From Nageia nagi (taxonomy: Eukaryota > Plantae > Pinophyta): a DNA stretch of 64,000 nt. The stretch lies in contig JBITNC010000001.1 of assembly GCA_050084985.1 (NCBI GenBank), positions 98,704,001-98,768,000 on the forward strand, written 5' to 3'. Position 1 is the stretch's first letter; every line of letters starts with the position of its first letter. The notes beneath the pieces were generated by a model that was not told where the DNA came from, did no database searches, and saw only the letters and a list, made by a program, of their open reading frames with translations. Both the position numbers and the translations under genes were made by a program. Shown here one piece after another: positions 25,296-38,212 of the stretch.

Positions 25296-27355
25296 CGGAG
25301 ATGGAGTTCATGAAGATGCCCCTGAAGAACTCAAGAAATTAAAACTGTTGAAAGAGGGATTTGGTGGCTGTCAAAAAAGGATTTATTGAGGAAGTGCTAG
25401 TGGTGGTGATGCAATTTATAGAGTCCTTGTAGAAATTCTCCATAGAGGAAGAGAAGCTGAAAGGGATTGTAACTAGAAGAGTTGAGTTCCTTATAAGATT
25501 GGAGTCTCGGAGATCGATAATTGAAAACTTTCAGGCAGCAGTGAATAGAAGATCGAAAGACTTGGATTTGTGCAACGAATATTGGTTCTACTTAGGGATA
25601 GTGAGCAGATGAGTACCCGTTTTCAAGAAGTGAGTAAGGAGGTTACAAAGATGAATGATGAGGCGAACTCATGATTGGAACAAATGGAGTACCAAGTCAA
25701 TTTCTTGAAGAGGACACCACTATTAGAGAATTAGATGAGGTGGTTGTTGAAGTAAGACACATTGCTCAAAGCTTGTTGTTGCAGAGGACGTCAATGCGTA
25801 CCAGACAGAGAGCCATGCCAAACATATGGTGAAGGTGTACGCTTGGAAGCTGGAGATGGAGAAGATCATTCGTGAGGTTTTCGACTGCGTTGCAAGGAAC
25901 CTTAGGATATCTTGTGAGATGGTGCATGGCTTGGAGATCACAACCAAGTTCTTGAACGAAGGCTTTGAGGATAGAGTTGTGGCCTTACGGCTATTTTTAT
26001 TGTTTTACTTCAGCAAAATATTTTATTTCAGTAAAAACTTTTAATTATTATTTTATTCCCAATCTTGTGATGGATGAGGATTTACTCCCACAAGTATTGG
26101 AAGAAATCTTGTGATGCCATGTGGTGATTTCTTATTGGACCATGTTTTATTTGCTTGAAAAACGTAAGTAGGTTTAGTGCAACACTCGGATTTGCTGAAA
26201 AACTATTTATATCCCTTAAGGGCTCATTTGTTGGAGATTAGACATTTTTGCAAATTGGAGTACTTAACTAATATTTTCAAACTAGCAAGTTTGTTTCAAT
26301 TTGTGAATGTGGTATATCTCAAGTAAATGAATGGTGAATGCTCGCATTGTTGGAATTATGAACATGTTATGAATGCTTGTTGCACAGTTTGAATGAATGA
26401 GTAATGTTGTGACCTTGTTTCACTTAAGTTACTTGGATCATTTCATAAATCTTGTGTAGAGGTGGATGAAAGAATAGTTGAATACCCTTCGAAAGTGATT
26501 TTGAGTAATACTTGATTTTGCAATTGTTCATAATTTTCATGTTAGACTTCTGCAGTTTGTGATGGCTGTCTTATGTCGCTTAGCATGGAACTTCACTCCA
26601 TAGTTGAAGACCTACCCATGACCTACCCTATTACCATTGTTGCCATCACTTCACGCTCCACACACTAGTTCACTTGTGTTGTTGGCTAGTGGGGTGGACA
26701 AGGAGTGCGTGGAACCTATAACAAGCCGAGAGAAGTTTGTCCCAATCCTTGCACCGGTCGGTGAGACCATATGCACTTGTATTCAACGCACATACCATCG
26801 TCTGTCTACACCCTTTTTTTATTTTTTACCTTTTTTTTGTGATTTTCGCACCTCCATTTGTTTTGTTTTGGGAAAAATCTTTATCCGGATGCTGGGAAGT
26901 TGTGAGTCCTTGGTTAACAAATTTTATTTGTGTTGGTGATAGCTTCAAACATCCTAGCCAATCTCCTAAGTTGCATTCCTGCACATTCTATCTACGAGAC
27001 CTTTGAGGTAAGTAGTCCTCATAGTGGGAAGGAGTAATGCCCTTCCACCTAGGTGTTGGTGTCTTTCGCGAGCCTTGCAAGTCATTTGCTCATCCGGAAG
27101 GTAGGAAAGAAAAAGCCCCCAACAGAACCTATTAGAACTATCCAAGTGGCAAAACTGAAAATTGTTATCAACATGATTTCACACATACCTATTTGGGACA
27201 ACCATAGTAGATTTCTGTTTTGGAGCATCAAATCAAAGTGTTTTGGCCTGATATTAGATAAGGTAAGTCTTTTAACATTCTTCTAAACCCAAAATGTAAA
27301 TAATTCTTTAGCTTCCTTTAAATCTATCGGTTTGTAGAACCTCTCAATGGTTGAA

Positions 27356-28690
27356 TGTAATGTACCAAAATATTTCCAGCTTTGTAAACATTTCAAATTT
27401 ATGTTTTGTTGTGTTTTGGGGCCTTTAAGGTGTGGGTTAGTGTGTTTTGAGAAGTTTTATTGTTTGTATTAGTGTTTAGGGAGTTGGTTATCTTTTTAGA
27501 ATAGTTTTGGGACAAGAAAAAAGGCATTAAATAGTGTCATTGACATGGTACACGTTTTTAGCTTGACGGCTGGGATGATAAGGCAGTATTAAATGTCTCT
27601 AGTATTTGTAACTGTCATTTTGGCAAAAGTAACTGTTATGAGGTCAAAGTCTAATGTATTATTTAATGCTTTTGTAATTGCCATAGGAGAGGATTTGTAA
27701 CTGTTATGAGGCAGACTTTTGTAACTGTCAAGAGGTTGAAATTAAGATTTCCAAAACTATTAAGAGGAAGAGTTGATCATTTGGAAGGGCTGATTTTGGT
27801 AGAGAACTTGGAGAGCTTGCGTGCTTTTGGGCCTTAGTATTTTGCTAAGGATTTTTTAGAGGGGTTCCCATTAGATCTGATCTAATAGAGGTTGAAGGAG
27901 AGATCTGAAGACTATTTACCCATTTGAGGACAGATCTATTCAAGGTCTGTATTTGTGCTTGCATGTTTGAAGATTCAGTGTTTTGGACACCCATTTTCAC
28001 TCAGAAATAAAGGGACTGTGAGTTAGTGTTTGGACCAATTGTTAAAGGAGAGCAAAATACAAAATCTGAAGACACAATATCCTTATACAACCAGATCTGA
28101 AGCTGTCTGCATATAGCCAAGGTCCTGCAGTGATGTGTCTAATTGTGTAAGCAATATTTGTGTGTTCTCAAGTTTAATGAGAGATCTATTTAGCATACTT
28201 TGATTGTGCCTTTGCTTATACAAGTTGTAGTGTTCTATTGTTGTGTGTGATTGCCATCTATATTCAACAAAAAGCAAGTATGAAAGACAAAAAAATCAGT
28301 CCTATTCCTTTATGTCTTAAAGTGATTGTGTATTTGCATTTGGTCTATTTCATTGAACTTGGAACTTTCAATGTGAGTGCTTTCACATCAATTTTTCTCC
28401 CAACTCCCCTAACAAAAGGTGATTATAGATTATAGTTATGAGAGTAGATGTGAGTAGTTTTTGTGAGTATTTTTAGCTGTAGGTTTGAGATATTGTAATT
28501 ACACAGTGTGTAGGCTGGTTGTAATTACTGTATTTTCTAGAGGTTTACTTTATACCACTTGTTTCTTAGCTGATTCTTGGTATATATCTCTTTTGATATT
28601 GTTTACAACTTATTTGAAGTGTTTTAGATGAATTAGGACATCTAAAATATCATTTATTTATGACATGTCAACTATTTTAGCACACAAGAA
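27356..28690 (+). repeat. LTR-like remnant
   Basis: Begins TGTAATGTACC; repeated TGTAACTGT(C/T)A motifs; right boundary and TSD not resolved. Confidence 0.4.
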
Positions 28691-28699
28691 ATTATAATA

Positions 28700-31600
28700 C
28701 CAGGCCTTCCTCTTGTGATGATTTTCAAAGAGAATGCTCACAACACCTGAAGAATTTCATTGGAAAAGCATCAAATAGGTATTCAAATCCATGATCCCAT
28801 AAAATGAAGTGGTTTTGATTCATAAAGATTTGCCACAAATCAAGTAAGAGAGTTTGTAAAGTTACAAAGTTTGCTCTCCTCTTGTAAACTCTTAAAACAT
28901 CTTCCTTTCAAAATGATCCCTCTAGGGGTATTTATAGTGAAAAAAGGTCACTATTCATCAGCAATAAATGCCTAACTACCTAATACTATTCCAACCACCA
29001 AGGATTAAAGTCATACTGAATAGTTGTTCACTATTGTGGGAGCAAACACTCACCCATCACAAGGTGATAAAAAGAAACATATCCAGTCTTAAATTAAAAT
29101 CAGAATGCATTTTACTAAGAAATCTAATCAAATTGCATGAATCTTGCAATTTTTTCCTTAAATTCGGATCCCACAAAGACTTATACCCTCCGCATCCCTC
29201 GCTCAAGTATAGCAGAGGTGCGATTGTTCATTAGCAAGTAGTCTTCTATGATGCTAGCGGTGTGTCTTATTTGATGACTCATACCTCCGACAGCGTCTTG
29301 TTTCTGAATTGCTTCTCGGATTTGAGAATGTTTATATCCTATGAATGCACCAAATCTTTGAGCAATCCTTCAGTTTCCCTTTCGATTAGATCCATTCTCA
29401 TACTTCAAGTTCATCTTCATTTCTTCTCTCTTATTGACCATATCATGACATTTCACCCTAGCATGATCCATCCAATCATGAAAGAAGAAGAAATCTTTAC
29501 AAAACTCAAATTCCTATGGATGATTAACTGAAATGCAGTGCAATACAGTCACCAAGGTGTAATTATTGTCCCACCTATTCATCATTTGCGAGACCTTATC
29601 CTTCATCTTCTGGATTGCCATGTCATATATAGGAAATTGGTCAATTCGGAAGATAGCCTTTTGACGAGCTCGATGGTCTCCTTAGCAAGTTTCTCTTTAG
29701 CCATCACCATAGCTATACCTATATTCATCGAGGCATGCAAATTGATATCTTGGGTTTGATCTTAACAACTTCGTTTTCTTTGACTATCTTATTTTTCCCA
29801 GCCATCACCTTTTTCAGTTCCCTAATTTGCTGGCTCTTCTCGGTTAACTCCTCTACCAAGGCAGCTATATTTGAATTGATTGCAAATTTCCTTCCCATGG
29901 GGCCAATTCTTCCTACCTCAATCTTGTGGTTGTTGATCCTTGTGTCATCTATTCCCACAGATTTCCTTTTGTTCGTGGAGAGCTTGTTGATCGAGATTGT
30001 GGTTTTGTTCATGGTGATAAACATGTGAATGCTATAATTTGGAGGAGCTTCTCCTTTTGAAATGTCATATTCATCTTCTTCCTCTTCATCATTTGCCTTG
30101 TCCGAAGCATATACTTGTAGTGCCTTGGCACAACATGTCGAAGTTTCAACTCTTTTGCATTTGAGGTTGTAATGTCTCTAAGGGGAAGGCCTCGACGATT
30201 GTGATTTGTTTACCTTTGTGCTCAATCTGCTTCTGTTTCTTGCGTTGCTCTTTGTCTTCTTCATTTCCTCCAGCCCCTGTTGAACTTGATGCTAACCCTT
30301 TGGGTTTAGATGACTTCTCAAGATAAGTCCTCTTAGTTTCCTTATGAGATTTTGCTAACTCTTTCTTACACTTAGGAGTAGAGGGTTTGGAGGATGCCAC
30401 TTGAGTAACTTGGCTTGCAGGGTTGGGTATTTTGAGGACTATGTTTGAATCAGATTGCATTTTGTTGTTATCGTTTTCTATCCTAACACTTTCCTTAATA
30501 TTGGAATATGTGTCTACGTCTACAAACTGACTCATGGTGGGGATCTTCTCTTGGGGGCTCTTTTCCTTGGTTTGCTTCTTTGCTACCTTCACTAGAGTCG
30601 CCTTCCTCATATGATCTAGAGGATGAAGATGATGAATTTAATGATGATGAGGAGTTGTGTTCAAGATCAGGGATGATTGTTTAGTGTGGACTATGATCGT
30701 GCAGAGGACTTGAATGCTCTTCTCGCTGGGGTTCACGAATGTAAGGTGGAGTTGGGCGCTTTGGTGGCTGTAGGTCCATAGGTTTGGGCTGGTTGTAATG
30801 GATTTCGTGTGGTGGGGCGGCGGCGAATGAATAAATGACCATCTCTCCTCAGTTTGGGCGAATATTTTTACCTATGGTAGTGTTTTCCAACTCCTCCAAG
30901 GGTTATGTCTGATATCTTGCACCTTTTAAAGCTGCTACATCCTTTCCAACCTTTTGTACAATTGCTTGGACTGATCTTCCTGGGATATCCATTGTGGCAT
31001 ATTGGCCTAGTCGGGCTTGTCTTCTTTTGATTGAAGGTGAGGCAGGCTTTTCTCTAATTGCAAGGTCAGAATTGATGTAGAGGACCTTTTGGATTTCTCT
31101 TTGTTCTTCTTGGCGGTTTTCTTTTTTGCTTTGGCCAGTTGGGTGTGTATCCTTTGAATTTCCACCTTATCCCTAATGTCTCTATATTTTTCTATTCTGC
31201 CTAAGGATATGTGAACATAGGGGCACTTGAGGTACTTTTGATGGAAGGCATGCATCTTGTGATCAGGATCGTATTGTTGCGCCCCTATCTCCTTGCTGAA
31301 TCCATAAAGCTCAAGTTCCTTATTCATAGTGGGCATGTCAGTCCAATTGGTGCAAGTGTACTGTCTGACAACGATAGGCAGATTAATCGTTGCCGACTTC
31401 TTCTTCCATACATGATCATGTAAGAAAGAAAGTTGTCGATAAAACTCCATTAGTATAAGCTTGTGGTTGACGTATCGTGGGAGCTGGTAAGGAGCTTCCT
31501 CTAATCTGTATACCCTGATATAGGTGGTTTTCGCCACTTCCATGTAGAAATCTGCATGCCCTCTAAGTGATTCTATCACAGCCTTTGAGATTCTCCTCAC

Positions 31601-32909
31601 GTTGTGATGCTCTTTCACTTCCTTGTATATTTGGCACTCTCATGCATCATTTCTCATGATGAAATCATTCCAGTGATTTGCAATCTTACATCTAGGATAA
31701 CCCATCCAGATTGGGTTTTCAGATTCCTTCAGCACTTATATATTGCCGTGCATTGAATTCCTTTGTTTACTATGAAGTAACATATATACCAAATAGGAAT
31801 TCATATAGAACTCCTTGGTGACGACTATTTGGGCCAACTGCTTCGCCATTGCATCGCCGATGACTTGGCTCCATTTGATGGTTATTCCTTTGCTGATTTG
31901 CAGTATGAACCTCTTATATTCATTTATGAATCTCAAGTCATCTTTTTTCCCTAGTAATTTGGATAATAAGCATTTGATCTTTGATACTATGGGATAGAAG
32001 TCTGTGCGTTTAGGATTCATCAGTTGCTTTCGGCGGTGTCCTTTTCAATCATCGGCTAATCAATCTCTAATTAGGCTTTGTGGTTTATTGTATATCTCGT
32101 AAAATGGTATGGAGTCTGCTTCCGTGTAAATCATGCCCGCATCAATCCATCCGAAGGCCCTTTCAATCCCTTCCTTACTGAAATCCATAAGTTGTCTTCC
32201 CTTAGCATCGAGGAGGATTCTTTTTTGTTGGTCGTATACTGATCCAATCATGAAGCACAATTCTGGAAAAAGGACTATAAATGGTATGCTTGCTGCTGTG
32301 AATAGCCCGGATTTGTGCAGCAAATCCCCTTTCAATTCTTCCTCCATCATCCCTGTGACTACTTCCAACATCTTGGTTAGATTTGTTTGGAGCAAATTGG
32401 TGTCTGACCTTGGACAGGCCACTTTTGAGTTTGGCTTTTGGAAGTGGAGTACTCCCTTGTTTATCCAATGGTATCTTGCTGGTCCCATTCTCTATGAGAG
32501 AAAGACATCTTTGATTAGATTATGCACCTATTCCATAAAAATAAATAGTTAGTTGGACAAGTATTGGTTGGAAGGTATTGCAATTCTGGAGGATTGTGGC
32601 ATTTTAGCTGGTAAGGAGCTAAGATTTTGCAGATTAAAGTAATTTACAAGTTGGAGAGGAGTTTGAAAACTAGTCACACCGTTTAGGGATTAAAATTTTT
32701 CACTTTTGCAATTCTCTTTTGCACTTTTGGGATTTTGATCTTAGAGTTGGGTAACATCGAATGTAACCCAAAAATGTCTGGTTTGCCTGGTTCTTTAAAG
32801 TCTTTATTCTTGGGACCACTTCCTTTTTAGGCCAAGCAATTCTCCTCTTTGCTTAAGTAGGGTCCTCCAAAATTTTCCAAATTTTGGGGCATGTTGTGCA
32901 GGTACAACA
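28700..32909 (-). mobile_element. Unit B: family member on the minus strand, 3' end not resolved
   Basis: Minus-strand start TGTTGTACCTGCACAACATGCCCCAAAAT at 32909; homologous ORF; family hairpin at ~29030-29065 and TATAAATA at 28936-28929; left boundary approximate. Confidence 0.8.
29200..32488 (-). pseudogene. unit B long ORF, fragmented
   Basis: ORFs 32060-32488 (FPELC..LMDFSKEGIERAFGW), 31736-32020 (FYMNSYLVYMLL), 31007-31618 (YIRVY..PYQLPRYV..LILMEF), 30146-30610, 29725-30024. Confidence 0.8.
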
Positions 32910-34094
32910 AGTGCTAGGTTGAAAGTGTTGACAAGATGTCAACTTTTTATTTGAGGTCTTGTACGATCACAAACAGGATTATATTGCATTGAGTTGCTAT
33001 AGCCTGAGCATGCTGATATTGCATACCAGTTTTTGAAAATTCAACACTGCTATTGTTGTTCAAACAAAATTTTGCTGCATATTGCATGTTTTAATTGACA
33101 GTCTCGATACTCAATCCATGTTACTGCAGTTTGACCAGACTTTGCACGGTAACAGAATTGAAAATGTTTATGCTGTTCGGGACAGGTGGTTGCTGCATGT
33201 CCAAAGATTAGATGTGTATGCTGCCACATCTGCCAACCAATGTGTGTATTCTCCACCAGATTTTCCATAAATATAATGTTACGGCAACTTAAAAATATCA
33301 TATGAAAGTTTTCAGGCAGTGACTTCCACACCTGGGAATTCAAAACAAAACTTCATTTGATAAATTACAATATATGGGAAGTGGTTAGCAGCGTGCTTAC
33401 AAAATGTCAAGATGTTGATGCTGCTGTAAAATGGGCTGGTAATGGTTGGAAAGTGACAACAATTATAGGTCTTCAACTGTTTGATGCATATTGATCTATC
33501 AAAATCCTTGAAACAGGTTTGGGACAGTTGTTGAGATCTACATCTTATGCCAAGATGAGGATGGTACTTATAGTATATTCATAAGTTCAAATCTACTTTG
33601 AAATGATTGGCATGCAAAAGTTATATTGATGAGCAGTTTGTCATCCAGTTAAGACAATGCAGTTTTACTTTGTGTACTCGGTAAGCTTAATCCAAATTTG
33701 TAGACAATGACCGCTTCATTAAAGTCATTTTAATATTTTTCTATAGCCAGAGAAGTCATCCTAAACAATATAGTATATACTAAAAGTAAAGACTTTACAT
33801 TGGATCATGTTGTGCCCTACACAACTCACCCCAAAATTTCGCAATTTTGGGGACGCTCTGCAATTTATACTTGTATGGAACCTAGTCGGTACAGCCTCCC
33901 CTCGTCTCCAGTTGACTCAAAATCACTCCTATCAGCCTAGCATCTAAGTGTATTCATCCACCCAGTCTTGGTCGTGTCATGTTGAAAAACTAAAACCCTC
34001 GAAAATGACTAAGTCTGGGGAATTTAGGTCAAGTTTAGGTGTAACTGGGAAACTTGAGTCGAGTCGAAACCAAGCAAGTCGGATCTGGGCCACT

Positions 34095-35040
34095 CCAATT
34101 TTGTCTTCCTGGAGCATGCACTCAAGCCAGGAAGATGCCTGATTTCGAGATCAAGTCTAGAACGACGAACTAGGTCACTCTCGGACTTGGCGCATGCCAT
34201 GAAAAGACAATCTTTTCTTTCTGGGGCATGCACCAGGTTCAGGAAGACACCCTAGTCGGAGTGAAGGCCCGGAAAAAGTAACTTATTGCATTTCAAGGTT
34301 GGCGCATGCCTCAAAAAGACAATTTGATCTTTTGGAAGCATGTGCCCAAGCCAGGAGGCTGCCAGGATGGACTTGAGACCTGGAAGATCAAAGTGCACCC
34401 ACCCAGGGGGCTGGTGCATGCTATCACCAGCTATAAAAAGTCAAATTCTTGAGTTTTGGGAGCATGTGCCAAGCCTAGGACGGCATCCAATTGAGTCTAA
34501 ATGTGAAAATTGGCTAAGGCATGGAGCCTCAAATGCTAGATTCCGCTCTAGCATGACCAGATGGCGCATGCCTCAAAAAGACAAATTCTTGACTTTTAGG
34601 AGCATGCGCCAAGCCTGGGAAGGCACCAGAATGGAATGAACTTGAAAATATGGCCAAGTCTCAGGAGCAGAAGACCCAAAAACGAAGCAAATCTGGCCAT
34701 GTGCAACCCACACATGCTTAGGAAGACAAGATCATGACTTTTTGGATCATGCGCCCAAATTGGAAGAGCCGAAGAGATTGGAGCGTCTTTCAAAAAGACA
34801 AAATCTTGTCTTTTGAAATCATGCACCAGGCTTGGAGGGGCTTCTGGGTCGGACCGTTGGGAAAAATGAGCAAGATGCACCCAAGGAGAGCAAGAATCAA
34901 GTCTTAGGACGAGCTTCAAAGTCAAGTTGAACGAGTAAAAGGGCAAGGAAGGTTAACGTGGGGAATAGCATTCAACCCCAAGGCTGGCACATGCCTTAGA
35001 AAGACAAAATCTTGTCTTTTTTGGGCATGCGCCAAGCCTG
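34095..35040. repeat. palindromic repeat/spacer array (unit C)
   Basis: GGCGCATG..AAAAGACAA..TTG(T/A)CTTTT..CATGCGCC at 34193, 34305, 34417, 34567, 34713, ~34785, 34990. Confidence 0.85.
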
Positions 35041-35409
35041 AAGGAGCTCCTAAACCCCCACGTATGGTCTTGGCCACTAAAATTCATGAAGACACATCTC
35101 GAGGTCGGCCATTTGGACATCTGGGATGTACTTTCCTTCTTGACCTAGCCGACTAGGGTTTGTTGGAAGCCAGTTTCAGCTATAAATACCAGCTTGGAGA
35201 CCTCATTTTCCCAAATCAAATCGCACTCCTCTTCCACTTTTGTGCCATAATTGCAGAAAATTATAGATTTTTGAGTTTGGAATTTGCATCATTGCTTGGG
35301 TAGGCTTGCGCAAGGGATCAAGGTGTCAAAGGGGGCAATGTAGGAGTCATAACTTTGCATGAAAGCCAACACATCATCTTGGAAGGCCTTCATCACTCGC
35401 CAAGACGTC

Positions 35410-36211
35410 ATGACCACTTCCAAGAGCAATTCGGCCAAAGACTATGCGTGTGACATGGAGACCATTAGGCAAGATTGCATCATCACCATATGCGAATGAC
35501 AAGACCCCTTGCCCTAGGGGGCTAGGTTCTCCAAAAACGAATTGGCTACTATTAGAGACACAGACTAGCAGAAGGTGGATCCCATTAAGATGAGGGAGAA
35601 GATCAAGAACCGGTCGATTAGCGAGTTGAAATAGGACATTGTCTTCTTCTTCGAGCTTTCAAACTGCACCTTCGTCCCATTTACAGCTTCGTTCCCAGAG
35701 TTGTGCTTGGAAGTCGGCCAACTTTGGAAGTAGGGTGAGATGAGTGCTTTGTGATACCAAGGGCAATGTCATCATGGACTTTAGCCTCAAAGCCATCAAG
35801 ACAACATTTCAATGGACTTCGGAGGGTAGCTTTGAATCTATTGAGGCGGAGTCCTTAGCATGCTTCCGAGATACCAATAGGGCAGCTGTGACAATCAAGA
35901 GTTGGATGTTGGAGGAAGACACCACCATCTGGGAGGTCAATGAGGTAGTGGTTGAGGTCAGACACCATCTTCATAGCTTGATTCTGACAGAAGATGTGAA
36001 CTCCTACCAGTCTGGGAGTCACTTGAGACACATGCTGCGAGCTCATGGGTGGAAGGCCAAGATGCAGAAGCTGGTGGACAAGGTTGAGGACAGTGTTGCT
36101 GTGAGCAGGCAGAATTTCTCAGAGATGATGCGTGGATTGGAGCTCATGGCGAGATTCCTAACTAATGGCTTCGAGTATCGATATGTGGGCTTGGGCCCAC
36201 CATTGGCTTAG
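35410..36211 (+). pseudogene. unit C ORF: N-terminus fused to C-terminus by internal deletion
   Basis: Aligns by eye to A 21402-21899, then jumps to A 25704-26000; junction near 35915. Confidence 0.75.
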
Positions 36212-37384
36212 TTGTTATTTCAGATTGTTTTAGTTTATTTTCATAAAAAGTTTTATTTTCCAGCTAAGACATTTTTAATATTATTTTATTCCCAAACTCG
36301 TGAAGGATGAGGATTTTCTCCCACGAGTTTGGAAGAGACTTTGTAATGCCAAGTGGCACATGCTTATTGGACTGCATTTCATTTTCTTGAGACTTGATTA
36401 GGGTTAGGGCAACACGGTTGGTTGCTCCTAAAACTATTTATACCCCATTTTGATTCATTTTTAGGGGGGATTGACACTTAAACAATTGGAAAGCACTTTG
36501 CATGCAACTCAAAATTTCTCTTGATTGTTAAATGTGGTGTATGTGGATGCTATTGTGATTCAATGCTTGCTCATATTGAGATAGTGGATACGAGTGAATG
36601 ATTGATAGTGCTATCAGTGTTTGTTCTATCATTGCTTGGTGTTAATTCAATTTACTTGGTGCATCTTGTAAACTCCATTGAAGTGGACAAGAGATTGTTT
36701 GTATATCTTGCGAAGTGATTGGTTGATATGTTGTTAATGGTACTTCACTATTTGCAGTTTAGGCTTGGTCACCCCGGAATGTCTCACTAATGTTGCTCAT
36801 CGTAGGAATTTCATCCAAGTCCTTACATTCTACCCTTGCTCCACCTTGTCTCCTTGCCTTGGCTTCACTCTCCATCCACTAAGCTATTCGTGTTGTTGCC
36901 TAGTGGATTGGATAATGGGTGCTTGAAACCTACAACGAGCCCAAGTGAGTCTACTTCTGAGGACTTTTCTCAAGCCCGTGAGTTTGTGTGCCCACCATTG
37001 CATCTGGCTTCCCACTATTTTTCTTTGTTTCATTTTATTTTTGTTTTCTACTTTTTTTGCGGTATTCGCACCCCTGATTTCCCTTTTCAGCATTTTCAGA
37101 AACAACTTCATTGAAGCCCAAATATAGAACTCAAATTCCCTTGAATCCACACATGATATTCATGTTGGTGGTAGCTCTAAACATCTCAGCCATCTCCTGG
37201 GTTATTCTCACATAAATCGCAGAGCTAACCTTTGGGGTCACCAATCCCCATAGAGGGAGGGAGCAACGTCCCTTCACTTGAGGTGTTGGCGTTTTCCCAC
37301 TACTCCAGTGTAGGAAAGAAAAACACCCCAATAGATCACAAAATGGAGAAGGAAAATTTGAACCTCTCAATATATCCAATCAGT

Positions 37385-37660
37385 ATGTCCTAAACTTGTG
37401 GTCCAAACCTGAGAACTGTATGGGATCCTAGGCTTATCGATACCATGTAAGAAATCGACCTTGGTGGGATTATCTTGAAATTGATCATATAAACATTAAC
37501 AATAATCCATAGTGAAGAGAGGAGCATACCCTTTGCAAAGGCATGGTTGTGCTGTAGGCCTAAGAATGAGGAGGGCCCTATAAATTGAACTCCCAAATAT
37601 GTTGAATATGTGATCTTATCCTCTCTTCCTTCTAAAATAATTGGAACTTGGAGAAAGAAA
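37385..37660 (-). mobile_element. LINE RT fragment related to the 9875-13890 LINE
   Basis: TYLGVQFIGPS..AFAKG and TV....V motifs parallel YTYLGVQFSEPS..RLSKG / PTVLYGSEVW. Confidence 0.6.
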
Positions 37661-38212
37661 GAAAGAAAGAAAGAAATTATATAAATTTCCATAGGTGATC
37701 GAAAGCGGTCAATGAGACTAACATGTATAATCCTGCTCATGAAGCCAACAAAGCTCAAGCTGGGCAACATTTAGAGAAAAACATAAAACCATAAAAAATG
37801 ACATAATTAGATACAACCACATAAAGGTCCAAACTCTAAAAGGATGGAGATAAAAAATCTTGAACATCCAAAGGGAAGTTGTCCTGGGCCTCTTTGATTT
37901 GGGGAGGGTTTTGGCGATCACTGTGAGATGCATCTATGGTGCTATTGATGGTCGAGAAGAAGGATGTGTTCTATCGCATCCTCAAAGGAGCCTAGGTGTT
38001 CTATATACATTTCCTGGTTCGGTGTAGTGGTTGTGGAGGATCGTCTTGATGTTTGCTACAAGCCCCTTCGGGAGAGGGAGCTCAAAAGAAGGATTTGAAG
38101 GATCGTCTTGGTCTATGTGGTGGTCTGTCTCAATCCTTAGCTGGTGGAAGAAAACTCGAAACTATATAAGGGACATCCTCAACCCCAAAGGGATATGTAA
38201 GCTGGTGTATCC

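Larger units (their letters stand above)
21402..26044 (+). pseudogene. unit A long ORF (retroelement accessory-ORF type; conserved N-terminal domain, disordered linker, coiled-coil C-terminus), decayed and interrupted by a solo LTR
   Basis: ATG 21402; motifs FYMNSYLVYLLL and YIRIYGS..PYQLPRYVSNKLIIME shared with units B and G; C-terminal VKVYAWKLEMEK..FLNEGFE shared with unit C. Confidence 0.8.
19920..27124 (+). mobile_element. Unit A: TGTTG...CAACA gene-carrying unit (putative giant solo LTR); 5988 bp without its nested insert
   Basis: Starts TGTTGTGATTAGCACAACA, ends GGAAAGAAAAAGCCCCCAACA; perfect TSD GAACC (19915-19919, 27125-27129); no internal LTR pair, PBS or pol. Confidence 0.9.
33808..37333 (+). 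mobile_element. Unit C: internally deleted A-type unit (3526 bp)
   Basis: TGTTGTGCCCTACACAAC start, GGAAAGAAAAACACCCCAATA end, perfect TSD GATCA (33803-33807, 37334-37338); colinear with A. Confidence 0.9.

Noticed and set aside
27130-27268. Exon-like segment ending AAG|GTAAGT
   Set aside because: Rejoining it across unit A gives stops in all three frames and no similarity to the host gene.
34095-35040. CRISPR array (palindromic repeats with spacers)
   Set aside because: Plant nuclear TE context, degenerate repeats, irregular spacer lengths, spacers orthologous between A and C, no cas genes.
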